Origin: Octopus sinensis
Taxonomy: Eukaryota
Reading direction: 5' to 3'
Assembly (NCBI RefSeq): GCF_006345805.1
Contig: NC_043010.1
Coordinates: forward strand, 11,594,001-11,658,000
Length of the DNA stretch: 64,000 nt
Shown here: positions 26,521-39,649 of the stretch, piece by piece
Numbering within the stretch: the stretch's first letter is position 1
Layout of the letters: every line of letters begins with the position of its first letter
Notes under the pieces: model-generated
What the model was told of the DNA's origin: nothing
Database searches by the model: none
The model's input: only the letters and a program-made list of their open reading frames with translations
Position numbers and translations under genes: made by a program

Positions 26521-26937
26521 CTATTTCGTTACTACCCACAAGGGGCTAAACACAGAGAGGACAAACAAGGACAGACAAATGGATTAAGTCGATTATATCG
26601 ACCCCAGTGTGTCACTGGTACTTAATTTATTGACCTCGAAAGGATGAAAGGTAAAGTCAACCTCGGCGGAATTTGAACTCAGAACGATGCGGTGGGCAAA
26701 ATACCTATTTCTTTACTACCCACAAGGGGCTAAACACAGAGGGGACAAACAAGGACAGACAAACGGATTAAGTTGACTACATCGACCCCAGTGCGTCACT
26801 GGTACTTAATTTATCGACCCCCGAAAGGATGAAAGGTAAAGTCGACCTCGGCGGAATTTGAACTCAGAACGATGCGGCGGACGAAATACTACAAAGCATT
26901 TCACCCAGCGTGCTAACGTCTCTGCCAGCTCTCCGCC
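26521..26937 (-). mobile_element. dimeric SINE family B insertion
   Basis: Two tandem units; one 17-bp TSD TTATTGTGTTGAATATC at 26503-26519 and 26938-26954. Confidence 0.85.
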
Positions 26938-27825
26938 TTATTGTGTTGAATATCATTATTGTTATTATTGTTGTTGTGTAAATCTACGTCAGCTCTGATT
27001 CAACAGGATATGGTTAAAGACAGTCCAGTGATGAGAGTGCCAAATTTCATGTGAAGCATAAAGTACATCAAGGACTATCGTATACAACGTTACTTTTTCC
27101 ACTAAGTGATGGTTTGAAGGAGATATGGCTACTATTTCTAGCATGCTGAATAACTGCATGAGCTTACTGTGTGTATGTGTGAATGAATCTTGTACATAAC
27201 TGGTTTATTTCTCAACAATCTTTGAACTTTTTACATACTTAGACCTGAATTAACAATGGCAGAGCATACCTATGCCAAAGGTGTTCCAAGCATGACCATC
27301 TCAATTTATCTTTCACTAGTGTCTCTAAAATTACATTGCATGCCCACACATTGTCATGCACATATATGAAAAAACAGGTTATGGTTGGCAACAAGAAGGC
27401 TATCCTACTGAAGAAAACCCTACCTCAACAAATACCATTTACAGTAATAGTAAACATTTCAAGTTTTGAAGCCCCTGATGGGGTCTCCCCTTCGGCCAGT
27501 GGAAATCCAAATCAAGCTGTTTTGGACAATACACACACACACACACACACACACACATATTTACATATACATATGTGTGTGTATGTCTATTATATATGTG
27601 TATGCATATGTATATATATATAGATATGTATGCATTTAAAATTTAAATACATCTATCTATCTATCTATCTTTAATATCACTGTGATCACTGTGACCGACC
27701 AGGCTATCAGATGTTGCTACACATCGCTGGTCACAATGCGCTTCGCATTGTTTTAGCCTTCAAATGACGCCACCTCGCTGGCTAAGCGAGCAGGCCAGTA
27801 TCTTTAATATATATATATATATATC

Positions 27826-27859
<34 letters not shown>

Positions 27860-27882
27860 ATCTGAATCTTTCCTTCTCCTAT

Positions 27883-27917
27883 GTTTCCGACGAAGAGCTC
27901 CGCTCGAAACGTTAAAC
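27883..27917 (+). ncRNA. minimal type-I hammerhead motif (U4>C variant)
   Basis: GTTT-CCGACGA-A-GAGC-TCC-GCTC-GAA-ACGT-T-AAAC; palindromic stem III as in Penelope-associated dimeric hammerheads. Confidence 0.65.
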
Positions 27918-28055
27918 CCTCCTTCTTTCCTTCTTTCCTGAGCGGCCAATAATACTATATTTGTTCCACATCCTCGCATTGTTGTGTTTTCTTGTGCTTT
28001 CTTGTTTGGATTAACTATATATATATACATACATACATATTTATATATATGTGTG

Positions 28056-28094
<39 letters not shown>

Positions 28095-28117
28095 GTGTAT
28101 ATGTGTGTATATGCATG

Positions 28118-28153
<36 letters not shown>

Positions 28154-29242
28154 GTGTGTTTGTATGTGTGTGTGTGCGTGTGTACGCACACACACGCATA
28201 TATAATATATGTATGAATTTATTAGGAGGACATTGCTGGTTGTCTGGAATTACCTACTCTCATGGGTAGCAGACATCTTTCTATAAATAGTTTCTAATGT
28301 AGATTTACACAATGTTATATTGTATATGAAACATTCAAATTATTGATTCCTTTAATTAAATTGCTATCTTTTAAATCACCTCTTTTCTAATATTGCCATT
28401 CCATCACCATTTTCACGCTGCCATAAATGCCATCCTTACTCACATTCCCCTTACCATTATACTTACTGCCAATATATACAATAACAAGCCGACAAGGGAG
28501 CCCGTATGTAATCACTTAGTCCGCTAGAAATAGCAGTTAAAATCTTCCTCAAGTTATATTTTTCTGTATCTTCTGTCTTTCATTTGTTTCAATCATTTGA
28601 CTGCGGCCATGCTGGGGCACCATCTTGAAGAACTTTCAGTTGAATGAGTTGACCGCAGTACTTCTTTTGTTTTTTTAAACCTTGTACTTTACCTATTAGT
28701 CGCTTTTTACCGAACCGTTAAGTAATGGGGATGTAAACAAACCAACACTGGCAGTCAAGTAGTGGTAGAAAACAAACACAGATACATGCCACACACTCAC
28801 ACACACATACACACACACACGACAGGCTTCTGTCAGTTTTCATCTACCAAATCTACTCACGAGTTCAGCCTAGGGCTATAGTAGAAGACACTTGCCCAAG
28901 GTGCCATGCCGTGGGACTGAACTTGGAATCTAGTAATGAGGATGCAAGTTTCGTACCACTCAGCCACACCTGTACTTATAAGTAGTTAGATAAAATGTAG
29001 AAAGTAGCAAGCAATGTAATTTTAGATACATAGTCAAAGATAAATTGAGATGGTCATGCTTGGAACATCTTTGGCAAAGGTTTGCTCTGCCATTGTTAAT
29101 TCAGGTTTAAGTAACAACAAAAACAGTACTATTTAATAACAAATGACAATGAGACTGAGCCCTTAGAAATGGAAGCCAAATCTTTCGCAAATTGCACCAT
29201 ATTAGTTAATAAAAGGAAGGAAACATTGGATCATGCAGTCCT

Positions 29243-30776
29243 AGATACTCTAAGGCTAAAGATACTCTAAGACTAAAGATACTCTAAGACTAAAGATACT
29301 CAAAGACTAAAGATACTCTAAGACTAAAGACACGGTAAGACTAAAGATACTCTTAGACTAAAGATACTCTAAGACTAAAGATACTCTAGGACTAAAGATA
29401 CTCTAAGACTAAAAAAACTCTAAGACTAAAGATACTCTAAGGCTAAAGATACTCTAAGACTAAAGATACTCTAAGGCTAAAGATACTCTAAGGCTAAAGA
29501 TACTCTAAGACTAAAGATACTCTAAGACTAAAGATACTCTAAGACTAAAGATACTCTAAGACTAAAGATATTCTAAGACTAAAGATACTCTAAAGCTAAA
29601 GATACTCTAAGACTAAATATACTCTAAGACTAAAGATACTCTAAGGCTAAACATACTCTAAGACTAAAGATACTCTAAGACTAAAGATACTCTAAGACTA
29701 AAGATACTCTAAGACTAAAGATACTCTAAGACTGAAGATACTCTAAGACTAAAGATACTCTAAGACTAAAGATACTCTAAGACTAAAATAACTCTAAGTC
29801 TAAAGATACTCTATGACTAAAGATACACTAAGACTAAAGATACTCTAAGACTAAAGATACTCTAAGACTAAAGATACTCTAAGACTAAAGATACTCTAAG
29901 ACTAAAGATATTCTAAGACTTAAAATACTCTAAGACTAAAAAAACTCTAAGACTAAAGATACTCTAAGACTAAAGATACTCTAGGACTAAAGATACTCTA
30001 AGGCTAAAGATACTCTAAGACTCAAGATACTCTAAGACTAAAGATACTCTAAGACTAAAGATACTCTAAGACTAAAGATACTCTAAGACTAAAGATACTC
30101 TAAGGCTAAAGATACTCTAAGACTAAAGATACTCTAAGACTAAAGATACTCTAAGACTTAAAATACTCTAAGACTAAAGATACTCTAAGGCTAAAGATAC
30201 TCTAGGCTAAAGATACTCTAAGACTAAAGATACTCTAAGACTAAAAAAACTCTAAGACTAAAGATACTCTAAGACTAAAGATATTCTAAAACTAAAGATA
30301 CTCTAAGACTAAAGATACTCTAAGACTAAAGATACTCTTAGGCTAAAGATACTCTAAGACTAAAAAAGATACTCTAAGACTAAAGATACTCTAAGACTAA
30401 AGATACTCTAAGACTAAAGATACTCTTAGGCTAAAGATACTCTAAGACTAAAAAAGATACTCTAAGACTAAACATACTCTAAGACTAAAGATACTCTAAG
30501 ACTTAAAATACTCTAAGACTAAAAAAGATACTTTAAGACTAAAGATACTCTTAGGCTAAAGATACTCTAAGACTAAAAAAGATACTCCAAGACTAAAGAT
30601 ACTCTAAGGCTAAAGATACTCTAAGACTTAAAATACTCTAAGACTAAAAAAAACTCTAAGGCTAAAGATACTCTTAGGCTAAAGATACTCTAAGACTAAA
30701 AAAGATACTCCAAGACTAAAGATACTCTTAGGCTAAAGATACTCTAAGACTAAAAAGACTAAAAAAACTCTAAGAC
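29243..30776. repeat. 17-bp minisatellite (CTAAAGATACTCTAAGA)n, ~90 units
   Basis: Direct reading; variant units cluster towards the 3' end. Confidence 0.97.
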
Positions 30777-31129
30777 AAAAAAAATAAATGAAATCCAGGA
30801 TGGTCACAGCTGAGATGCTTTTGATCATTGTGCTTATCTAGAGATGACCTGGGGTTAAAAACAACCAAGCAATCACAATAGAAACATAGAAAAAACATAG
30901 CTACAAACAACACCAGCATTCCTTCTTTAAGTTCCCTCCATACTTATTTTATATTGCTGCTTACGTTGCTGTTATTGCTGCTGCTTATGTGGCAGCAGCA
31001 GTACTGTGTTTCTGCTGCTGCTGTTGTTGTTACTGTTGGTTCCTGTTACATCTTACAAATTATTTAGCAAGCTCAAACTGCTCAGAGCTAAAGTAAAAAA
31101 AAAAAAAAAAAAAAAAAATCAAATTGCTG

Positions 31130-31166
<37 letters not shown>

Positions 31167-31335
31167 GTAACAGCTGCAACAGCAGCAGCAACTACAACAA
31201 TTAACAGCAGCAGCAGTAGCTGTAGTATTAATGTAATATCATTAACGATAATTTCTCATGCTGGCACAAGGTCACAAACTTACAAACTCTGGGGAAGGTG
31301 TATAGTCAAATACATTAAATACTAGTATTCTTGAC

Positions 31336-31764
31336 TACTCTTTTACTCTTTTACTCTTTTACTTGTTTCAGTCATTTGACTGTGGCCATGCTGGAGCACC
31401 GCCTTTAGTCGAGCAAATCGACCCCGGGACTTATTCTTTTGTAAGCTCAGTACTTATTCTATCGGTCTATTTTGCCGAACCGCTAAGTTACGGGGACGTA
31501 AACACACCATCATCGGTTGTCAAGCAATGCTAGGGGGACAAACACAGACACACACACAGACACACACATACATATATATATATATATAAATACATATATA
31601 CGACAGGCTTCTTTCAGTTTCCGTCTACCAAATCCACTCACAAGGCTTTGGTTGGCCCGGGGCTATAGCAGAAGACACTTGCCCAAGATGCCACGCAGTG
31701 GGACTGAACCCGGAACCATGTGGTTGGTTAGCAAGCTACTTACCACACAGCCACTCCTGCGCCT
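31336..31764 (-). mobile_element. SINE family A, full length
   Basis: Reverse complement of the 6871-7293 family. Confidence 0.85.
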
Positions 31765-32163
31765 ATACTAGTGTATCATTTTTTTTTAAAGTACCCTGCA
31801 GAAAAATGTAAGTAAAAGTCTACTCCATTGGGATTTGGACATAACAAAATTCTGCAAATATTTATGCCAGCACTATTGCTAATTCTGCCAACTGTGTACC
31901 TTGTGACAGCAAACAGAAAGAAATGTTAGAAACATACGCAGGAGACGGTTCTCACAGAATGACAAAATGGGCCATATTCTGGGATGCAAAATCATACTCA
32001 CATGGAGATCAAAATTCTCCAACCAGATATTGTTATGAAGGAGGAAAAAAATCTCCCAATTGGGAAGGAATAATCTCCCAACTAAAACATCAGGGCTAAA
32101 TAGATAATAATGTTTCTCTAAAAGACATGACCACCACAAATTCTAATTCATTTTACAGCATAG

Positions 32164-32330
32164 TAGGAGTGGCTGTGTGGTAAGTAGCTTGCTTACCAAC
32201 CACAAGGTTCCGGGTTCAGTCCCACTGCGTGGCACCTTGGGCAAGTGTCTTCTACTATAACCTCGGGCTGACCAAAGCCTTGTGAGTGGATTTGGTAGAC
32301 GGAAACTGAAAGAAGCCCGTCGTATATATG

Positions 32331-32367
<37 letters not shown>

Positions 32368-32572
32368 TTGTGTGTCTGTGTTTGTCCCCCTAGCATTGCT
32401 TGACAACCGATGCTGGTGTGTTTATGTCCCTGTCACATAGCGGTTCGGCAAAAGAGACCGATAGAATAAGTACTGGGCTTACAAAGAATAAGTCCCGGGG
32501 GCGATTTGCTCGACTAAAGGCGGTGCTCCAGCATGGCCGCAGTCAAATGACTGAAACAAGTAAAAGAGTAAG
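32164..32572 (+). mobile_element. SINE family A, near full length
   Basis: Same family. Confidence 0.85.
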
Positions 32573-33205
32573 CAACCTTTGAATCACGTTCTTAAATTGG
32601 ATCCTTTTTTTACTCTGGAAATTTGGCCTCATTCACATACTTTTTATAGAACAATTTTGGTGAGAAATAAACCATCTCTTTTCTTAGTCTTTCTATGAAT
32701 AGTATTCTCAAAATACGAAAGATTTCATGATTCATAAGCTTCTTTTACTGAATCCTTTAATCTTTTCTGCCCACCACAAGGTAGAAATAGAAGCAGTGAT
32801 TTGCTGTCTCTACTCCTGATTAGTATTAAAAGATCCAGCCACAACAGAATAACTTGAGCTGAAAATCGCTTGTTATTCTATCCTGTGCGTGAGATCAGTA
32901 GCATCTTTCCTAAAACAGCAACTGGATGTTCTGCATGAATCACTATTCCTGATTCTCAACTCCAGCTTGGACATCTTCATCTATCTCCAGTTGCCTTACC
33001 ATGTCCTGAAAGCTTATCTTGGGCAAAGAGAGTTCATTGCTACCATTCCCAAATGGAAAGTTCTCTTAGACATGGCTGTCTGGTAAGGAAGCTCACTTTG
33101 GAACAACATGGCACCTTGGACAAGTGTCTTTATTAGAGCCCTGTGAATGAATTTAGTAAGCAGAAACTGTGTGGAAGCCCTTTGTAATGTATATGTGTGT
33201 GTTTG

Positions 33206-33237
<32 letters not shown>

Positions 33238-33400
33238 TAATGATATAAATAATATATAAATATATGCATATATATACATACATATATGTACATACCTACA
33301 TACATACACACACACACATATATATAATGTGACCGTGTGTGTACCATTGGCGATTTTTTTTCCCTCTGTCTTCCTTTCTTTGGATCTTTCCTTTTCCTAT

Positions 33401-33435
33401 GTTTCTGATGAAGAGCTCCACTCGAAACATTAAAC
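33401..33435 (+). ncRNA. minimal type-I hammerhead motif, sibling of 27883-27917
   Basis: GTTT-CTGATGA-A-GAG-CTCCA-CTC-GAA-ACAT-T-AAAC; canonical core, one stem III mismatch. Confidence 0.65.
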
Positions 33436-33569
33436 CCTTCTTGTGTGTGTGTGTGTGTGTGTAAGTGTGTGTTGTGTGTAGTAGTTGATGTGTGCACATG
33501 CGTATGTGTGTGCGTGTGTGTGTGTAAGTGTGTGTTGTGTGTAGTAGTTGATGTGTGCACATGCGTATG

Positions 33570-33600
<31 letters not shown>

Positions 33601-34388
33601 TTGTATTTGTGTTGTTGCTTCCATCACTTGACATCTTGTATTGTCTTGCTTCCATCGTTGTAACTTAGCAGGTTGGGAAAACAAATGATAGAATAAGAAC
33701 CAGAGTTAAAACATAGGTACTGGTTTCAATTTGTCCAACTTAACCTATTCATAGTGGTGCCCCAGCTGTGCCACAGTTCAGTGACTGAAAGGAATAAAAA
33801 ATAAAGTTATTCAAAGATCAAAGATTCAAGGTGCTACCTGATATATTTTGGGTCATAATTTTTTAATTCTTTTATTCTTTTACTTGTTTCAGTCATATAT
33901 CAGCAGCCAATCAATCTCAGGATTTATTTTTTTAAGCCCAGTACTTATTCTATCCGTCTCTTTTGCTGAACCTCTAAGTTACAAGGACAAAACTTAGAGG
34001 TTTGACAAGTGGTGGTGGGATTACAAACACAGACACAAAGACACACAGATATATACATTTATATATGACAGGTTCCATCAACCACATCCACTCACAAGGC
34101 TTTCATCGGCCTGAAGTTTTTGTAGAAGACGATTGCCCAAGATGCCATGCAATGGGACTGAACACAGAACCATGTGGCTGGCAAGCCAGCTTCTTACAAC
34201 GCGGCCAGGACTCTACCAATATATCTGATATATTTTTTTGGAGTTTTATGTTTTTGTTCCCTCAGCAGAAAATCTTCCTCAGCAAATTCCATCTGGCCCA
34301 CGCAAGCTCGGAAAAGTAGCCATTATAACGATAATGTTTCTGTTACAAGAAGTTTTTTGTCTCCTTCATCCTATTTCCCCATATTAAT

Positions 34389-34615
34389 TTAACCCTTTTG
34401 CATTCAAACTGGCCATGTCCGGACCTAATCTTCTATATGTTTTATGATCAAACTGGTTAGATCCAGCCTCTCATATCTTGTTGCCAATGTCATTCTAAAA
34501 ATAAACAATCACATCATCGAAATCTCAAAGCTATGAGATAATGCATGATGTCTTTAAAAGAATCTCAATAAATAAGCATTACATTTGACAGATTAATCTG
34601 AATGCTAAACCAGTT
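34389..34615. mobile_element. piggyBac-like MITE (degenerate)
   Basis: TTAA-CCCTTTTGCATTC left end and GAATGCTAAACCAGTTA right end. Confidence 0.4.
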
Positions 34616-34679
34616 ATATAACAGAAATTTTCCAAAGCCTAAAAAAGTTCTTGTAATCTATCAAATCCCAGAAATATAT

Positions 34680-34710
34680 GCATACATGTCTATCTGTCTG
34701 TATGCATGTA

Positions 34711-34741
<31 letters not shown>

Positions 34742-35165
34742 ATGCATGTATGTATGTCTGTCTGTCTGTATGTATGTATGTATTTAGGTATGTATGTATG
34801 TATGTGTGTATGTATGTATGTATGCATGTATGTATGTATGTATGTATGTATGTATGTATGTATGTATGTATGTATGTATGTATGTATGTATGTATGTATG
34901 TATGTATGCATGCATGCATGTATGTATGTATGCATGCATGCATGTATGTATGTATGTATGTATGTATGTATGTATGTATGCATGTATGTAAATGTATGTA
35001 TGTATGTACGTACGTATGTTAGTATGTATGCATGTATGTATGTATGTATGTATGTATGCATGTATGTATGTATGTATGTATGTATGTAGGTATGTATGTA
35101 TGTAGGAATGTACGTATGTATGTATGTATGTATGTATGTATGTATGTATGTATGTATGTATGTAT
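34680..35165. repeat. (TATG)n microsatellite
   Basis: Direct reading. Confidence 0.95.
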
Positions 35166-35599
35166 GCCGTTGTTGAGTTTTATTTCAAGACTTTTTGCCA
35201 ACAGAGTAGCAGCCAGTTCCTTACCTAAATCCAAGGCTCCTTCATTGGAATTTCAACATCAAACAACAGGGCTTTTTCGTTTGCATGTATGTATGTATAT
35301 GTGCATAGTTGTATGTTTTGTTATATGTATATATTTTCATGCATATAGTTGCATATCTAGACATGCTCATACGTATTTAAATGATAAACTTCTTAAATGT
35401 TCATAATGGAACCTCTGGTGTGAATGCCAAGCAGTACAGCATGTTGCTTCAAAATTTCTGGTGGAGTGAATTGCATCATGGGACTGTTTTTCTCACAGAC
35501 AGTGCCCAACTGACCCTACTATATTGTGTAGTCAACAAAATCCAAAAAGTGCATGTTTGAAATTATGTATGTATATATGTATGTATGTATGTATGTATT

Positions 35600-35813
35600 C
35601 TTTTATTCTTTTTTTTTTACTTGTTTCAGTCATTTGACTGTGGCCATGCTGGAGCACCGCCTTTAGTAGAGCAAATCGACCCCAAGACTTATTCTTTGTA
35701 AGCCCAGTACTTATTCTATTGGTCTCTTTTTGCCGAACCGCTAAGTGATGGGGACGTAAACACACCAGCATCGGTTGTCAAGCAATGCTAGAGAGACAAA
35801 CACAGACACACAT

Positions 35814-35844
<31 letters not shown>

Positions 35845-36845
35845 CATATATACGACAGGCTTCTTTCAGTTTCCGTCTACCAAATCCACTCACAAGGCAT
35901 TGGTCGGCCTGGGGCTATAGCAGAAGATACTTGCCCAAGATGCCATGCAGTGGGACTGAACCCGGAACCATGTGGTTGGTTAGCAAGCTACTTACCACAC
36001 AGCCACTCCTGCACTTATGTATGTATGTATGTATGCATGTATGTATGTATGTGTGTGTGTGTGTGTGAAGGTGTTTGGCTTAGTGTTTAGGGCATTCTGC
36101 TCACAATAATAAGGTTGTGAGTTCAATTCCTGGTGATGCATTGTGTCCTTGAGCAAGACACTATATTTCACGTTGCTCAAGGACACTCAGCTGGCAAAAA
36201 TGAGTTGTACCTGTATTTCAAAAGGCCAGCTTTGTCACACTCCGTCTTATGCTAAATCTCCCTGAGAACTACGTTAAGGGTGCACATGTCTGTGGAGTGC
36301 TCAACCACTTGCACAATTTAAATTTATGCGCAAGCTGTTTCATTGATCGTATCAGCCAGGACCCTCATCGTCATAACTGACAGAGTGCTCCTATCATGTG
36401 TCTGTATGTATGTATGTATGTATGTATGTATGTATGTATGTATGTCTCTTTTACTCTTTTACTCGTTTACTCGTTTCAGTCATTTGACCGTGGCCATGCT
36501 GGAGCACAGCCTTTAGTCAAGCAAATCGACCCCAAGACTTATTCTTTGCAAGCCTAGTACTTATTCTATCGGACTCTTTTGCCGAACCTCTAAGTTACGG
36601 GGACATAAGCACACAAGCATCGGTTCTCAAGCGATGTTGGGGGGGGGGCAAATACAGACACACAAACACACACACACACACATATATACATACATAAATA
36701 CGATGGGCTTCTTTCAGTTTCTGTCTACCAAATCCACTCACAAGGCATTGGTCGGCCCGAGGCTATAGTAGAAGACACTTGCCCAGGTGCTACGCAGTGG
36801 GACTGAACCCAGAACCATGTGGTTTGTAAGCAAGTTACTTACCAT
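35600..36845. mobile_element. cluster: two minus-strand SINE A copies (~35600-36015, ~36445-36845) flanking a plus-strand tRNA-type SINE (~36065-36395)
   Basis: Family A motifs; the middle element has TGGCTTAGTG...GAGTTCAATTCC and TGTGTCCTTGAGCAAGACACT. Confidence 0.75.
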
Positions 36846-36846
36846 A

Positions 36847-36886
<40 letters not shown>

Positions 36887-37085
36887 ATCATATCAAAGGG
36901 AAATGGAATTTAATTAAAATTAAAATATTCAATCAAAATTTACATTTCCAGTGGTCTAACATGCAAAAAAAAGAATTAGTCAAGAAGACTATATATTAGT
37001 CATACGATATAGTGCGTATTTATACATGTAAGGAATACACTTAATGTGAATTCAGCTGTTCTTTCTAATGTGTAGAATTCACGTT

Positions 37086-37470
37086 GGGAGCACTCCGTCG
37101 ATTACAACGACGAGGGTTCCGGTTGATCCGAATCAACGGAACAGCCTGCTCGTGAAATTAACGTGTAAGTGGCTGAGCACTCCACAGACACGTGTACCCT
37201 TAACGTAGTTCTCGGGGATATTCAGCGTGACACAGAGAGTGACAAGGCCGGCCCTTTGAAATACAGGTACAACAGAAACAGGAAGTAAGAGTGAGAGAAA
37301 GTTGTGGTGAAAGAGTACAGCAGGGATCACCACAATCCCCTGCCGGAGCCTCGTGGAGCTTTAGGTGTTTTCGCTCAATAAACACTCACAACGCCCAGTC
37401 TGGGAATCGAAACCGCAATCCTATGACCGCGAGTCCGCTGCCCTAACCACTGGGCCATTGCACCTCCACC
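37086..37470 (-). mobile_element. SINE family C inserted in a hairpin element
   Basis: tRNA-like head on the minus strand; 11-bp TSD GAATTCACGTT at 37075-37085 and 37471-37481. Confidence 0.8.
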
Positions 37471-37889
37471 GAATTCACGTTAAGTGTATTCCTTATGTGT
37501 ATAAATATGCACTATATCGTATGACTAATATATATATATATATATATGTATATAGAGAGAGAGAGAGATACTTAAGGGTGTGTGTGTATACATATTGTCT
37601 TTCTCACTCACAGTTTGACAACGGATGTTAAAGTATTTACATTTCCGTAACTCAGCAATTTGGCGAAAAGTGGGAGACAGTAAGTACAAGATTTAAAACA
37701 TTAAATAATGAGATGACAACTGGATTGACTAAACCCATCTTACATCCAATATGTGATGCTCCAGCATGGCCACAGTCCAACAACTGAAAATTCAGTGAAA
37801 AGATGAATGAATATTTGAATATGTCAGAGCTGCTGAAAAGAAACTATGTCTGGTGGGGAGAAAAAAAAATACAAATTGAAATTCAAGTT

Positions 37890-38084
37890 ACAGCTCTTGG
37901 GAGTGCAGAAGAGAGGAACAAGTATGATATTAATAATGGATGCGAGTACTAGACGGAATTCTTAAAAGATTCCATTTTATCTCAAACAACTACAAATATA
38001 AAAAAAAGCATTAATGCCATACACCACCAAAAATCTGCATTGCACCGGACTGTTAAGATCTTAAGGAAAGTGCTTTCTGTCTGA
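37890..38084 (+). mobile_element. R4/Dong-clade ORF C-terminal remnant
   Basis: Ends HQKSALHRTVKILRKVLSV*, matching the QK.ALLGTA.ILRKVL end of RLE-type elements. Confidence 0.65.
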
Positions 38085-38554
38085 AGGCTTCAGATCCGAC
38101 TTGATGGGAAATAATAAGACTTCCATTTCCCTTTCCCATTAGTCAACAATTCTACCCTGTGTGTTTGCAAATATGCACAAACAACAAACAATAGCTACTA
38201 CTACTACTATACTACTACTACTACTACTACTACTAACACCAACACCAAAACCACGGCTACAACTATTATCAATAATAATCCTTTCTACTATAGGCACAAG
38301 TTCTGAAATTTGGATGGAAGGGACTGGTCGATTGCATCGCCCTCCCAGTGTTTTACTGGTACTTAATTTATCGACCCCGAAAGGATGAAAGTCAAAGACG
38401 ACTTCGGTGGAATCTGAACTCAGAACGTTGCACCAGATGAAATACTACTAAGCTTGTCTCCCAGCATGCTAACAATTCTGCCAGCTCGCTACCTTCAATA
38501 ATAATAATAATAATTAAAAATAATAATAATGATAAAAATAATAATAACGATGAT

Positions 38555-39333
38555 GATGATGATGATTTCGAATTTTGGTACAAGGCCAGCAAGTTCAGGG
38601 TAGGGGCTAAGTCAATTACATTGACTCCAGTGCTTAACTGGTACTTGTTTTATTGACCCTGAAAGAATGAAAGGTAAAGTCAACCACGGCAGAATTTGAA
38701 CTCGGAACATAAAGACAGATGAAATGCCACTAAGCATTTTGCTCAACATACCAATCCTTCTGCTAATCCTTTCTACTATGGACATAAGGCCTGAAATTTT
38801 GAGAAAGTTGGATAGTTGATTACATCAACTGTCTGGAAAACGATGGAAAACTGAACTGACAACAGGGAATCAGGTATTTGAAGAAGTGAAAATTAGGAGA
38901 GGAATGTTCCAACTGTAGGTGGAATAGTGTATTCCTATTGATCTTTATGCTGGGAATACACTATGCCACCTACAGTTGGAACATTCCTCTCCTAATTTTC
39001 ACTTCTTCAAATACCTGATTCCCTGTTGTCAGCTCAGTTTTCCATCGTTTTCCAGACTGTTGATGTAATCAACTATCCAACTTTCTCAAAATTTCAGGCC
39101 TTTTGTCCATAGTAGAAAGGATTAGCAGAAGGATTGGTATGTTGAGCAAAATGCTTAGTGGCATTTCATCTGTCTTTATGTTCCGAGTTCAAATTCTGCC
39201 GTGGTTGACTTTACCTTTCATTCTTTCAGGGTCAATAAAACAAGTACCAGTTAAGCACTGGGGTCAATGTAATTGACTTAGCCCCTACCCTGAACTTGCT
39301 GGCCTTGTACCAAAATTCGAAATCATCATCATC
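38555..39333. repeat. ~780-bp palindrome (381-bp arms, 17-nt loop)
   Basis: 38555-38935 is the reverse complement of 38953-39333, with about 5 mismatches by manual comparison. Confidence 0.95.
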
Positions 39334-39612
39334 CCATGAGTGAAATACTACTGAAGACAAAGTTGAGCTATGATCTGGGTAGTATTAAAGGAAAGCTTAG
39401 CTAATTGCTATTCATGAAGGATTTGAAAGAGTTCTCAGAAAGTGAGACAGAACTGAATAGTCTAGAGCAGTCTATGCGGATTTTCTCAGATGATATCAAG
39501 ATGGAATTCGGTCTTTGAAAATGTGTTGTAATGGTCATGAGACAAGGAAAGTTTGTCAGAACAGAAGGTAAATGTATGGCAAGTGGTGAAATTATGAAGG
39601 TAATTGAATCTG

Positions 39613-39649
<37 letters not shown>

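Noticed and set aside
29243-30776. CRISPR-like array
   Set aside because: Units are contiguous with no unique spacers, and the context is eukaryotic.
31857-32075. ~70-codon stop-free stretch (ANIYASTIANSANCVPC...)
   Set aside because: No homology recognised and no splice support.
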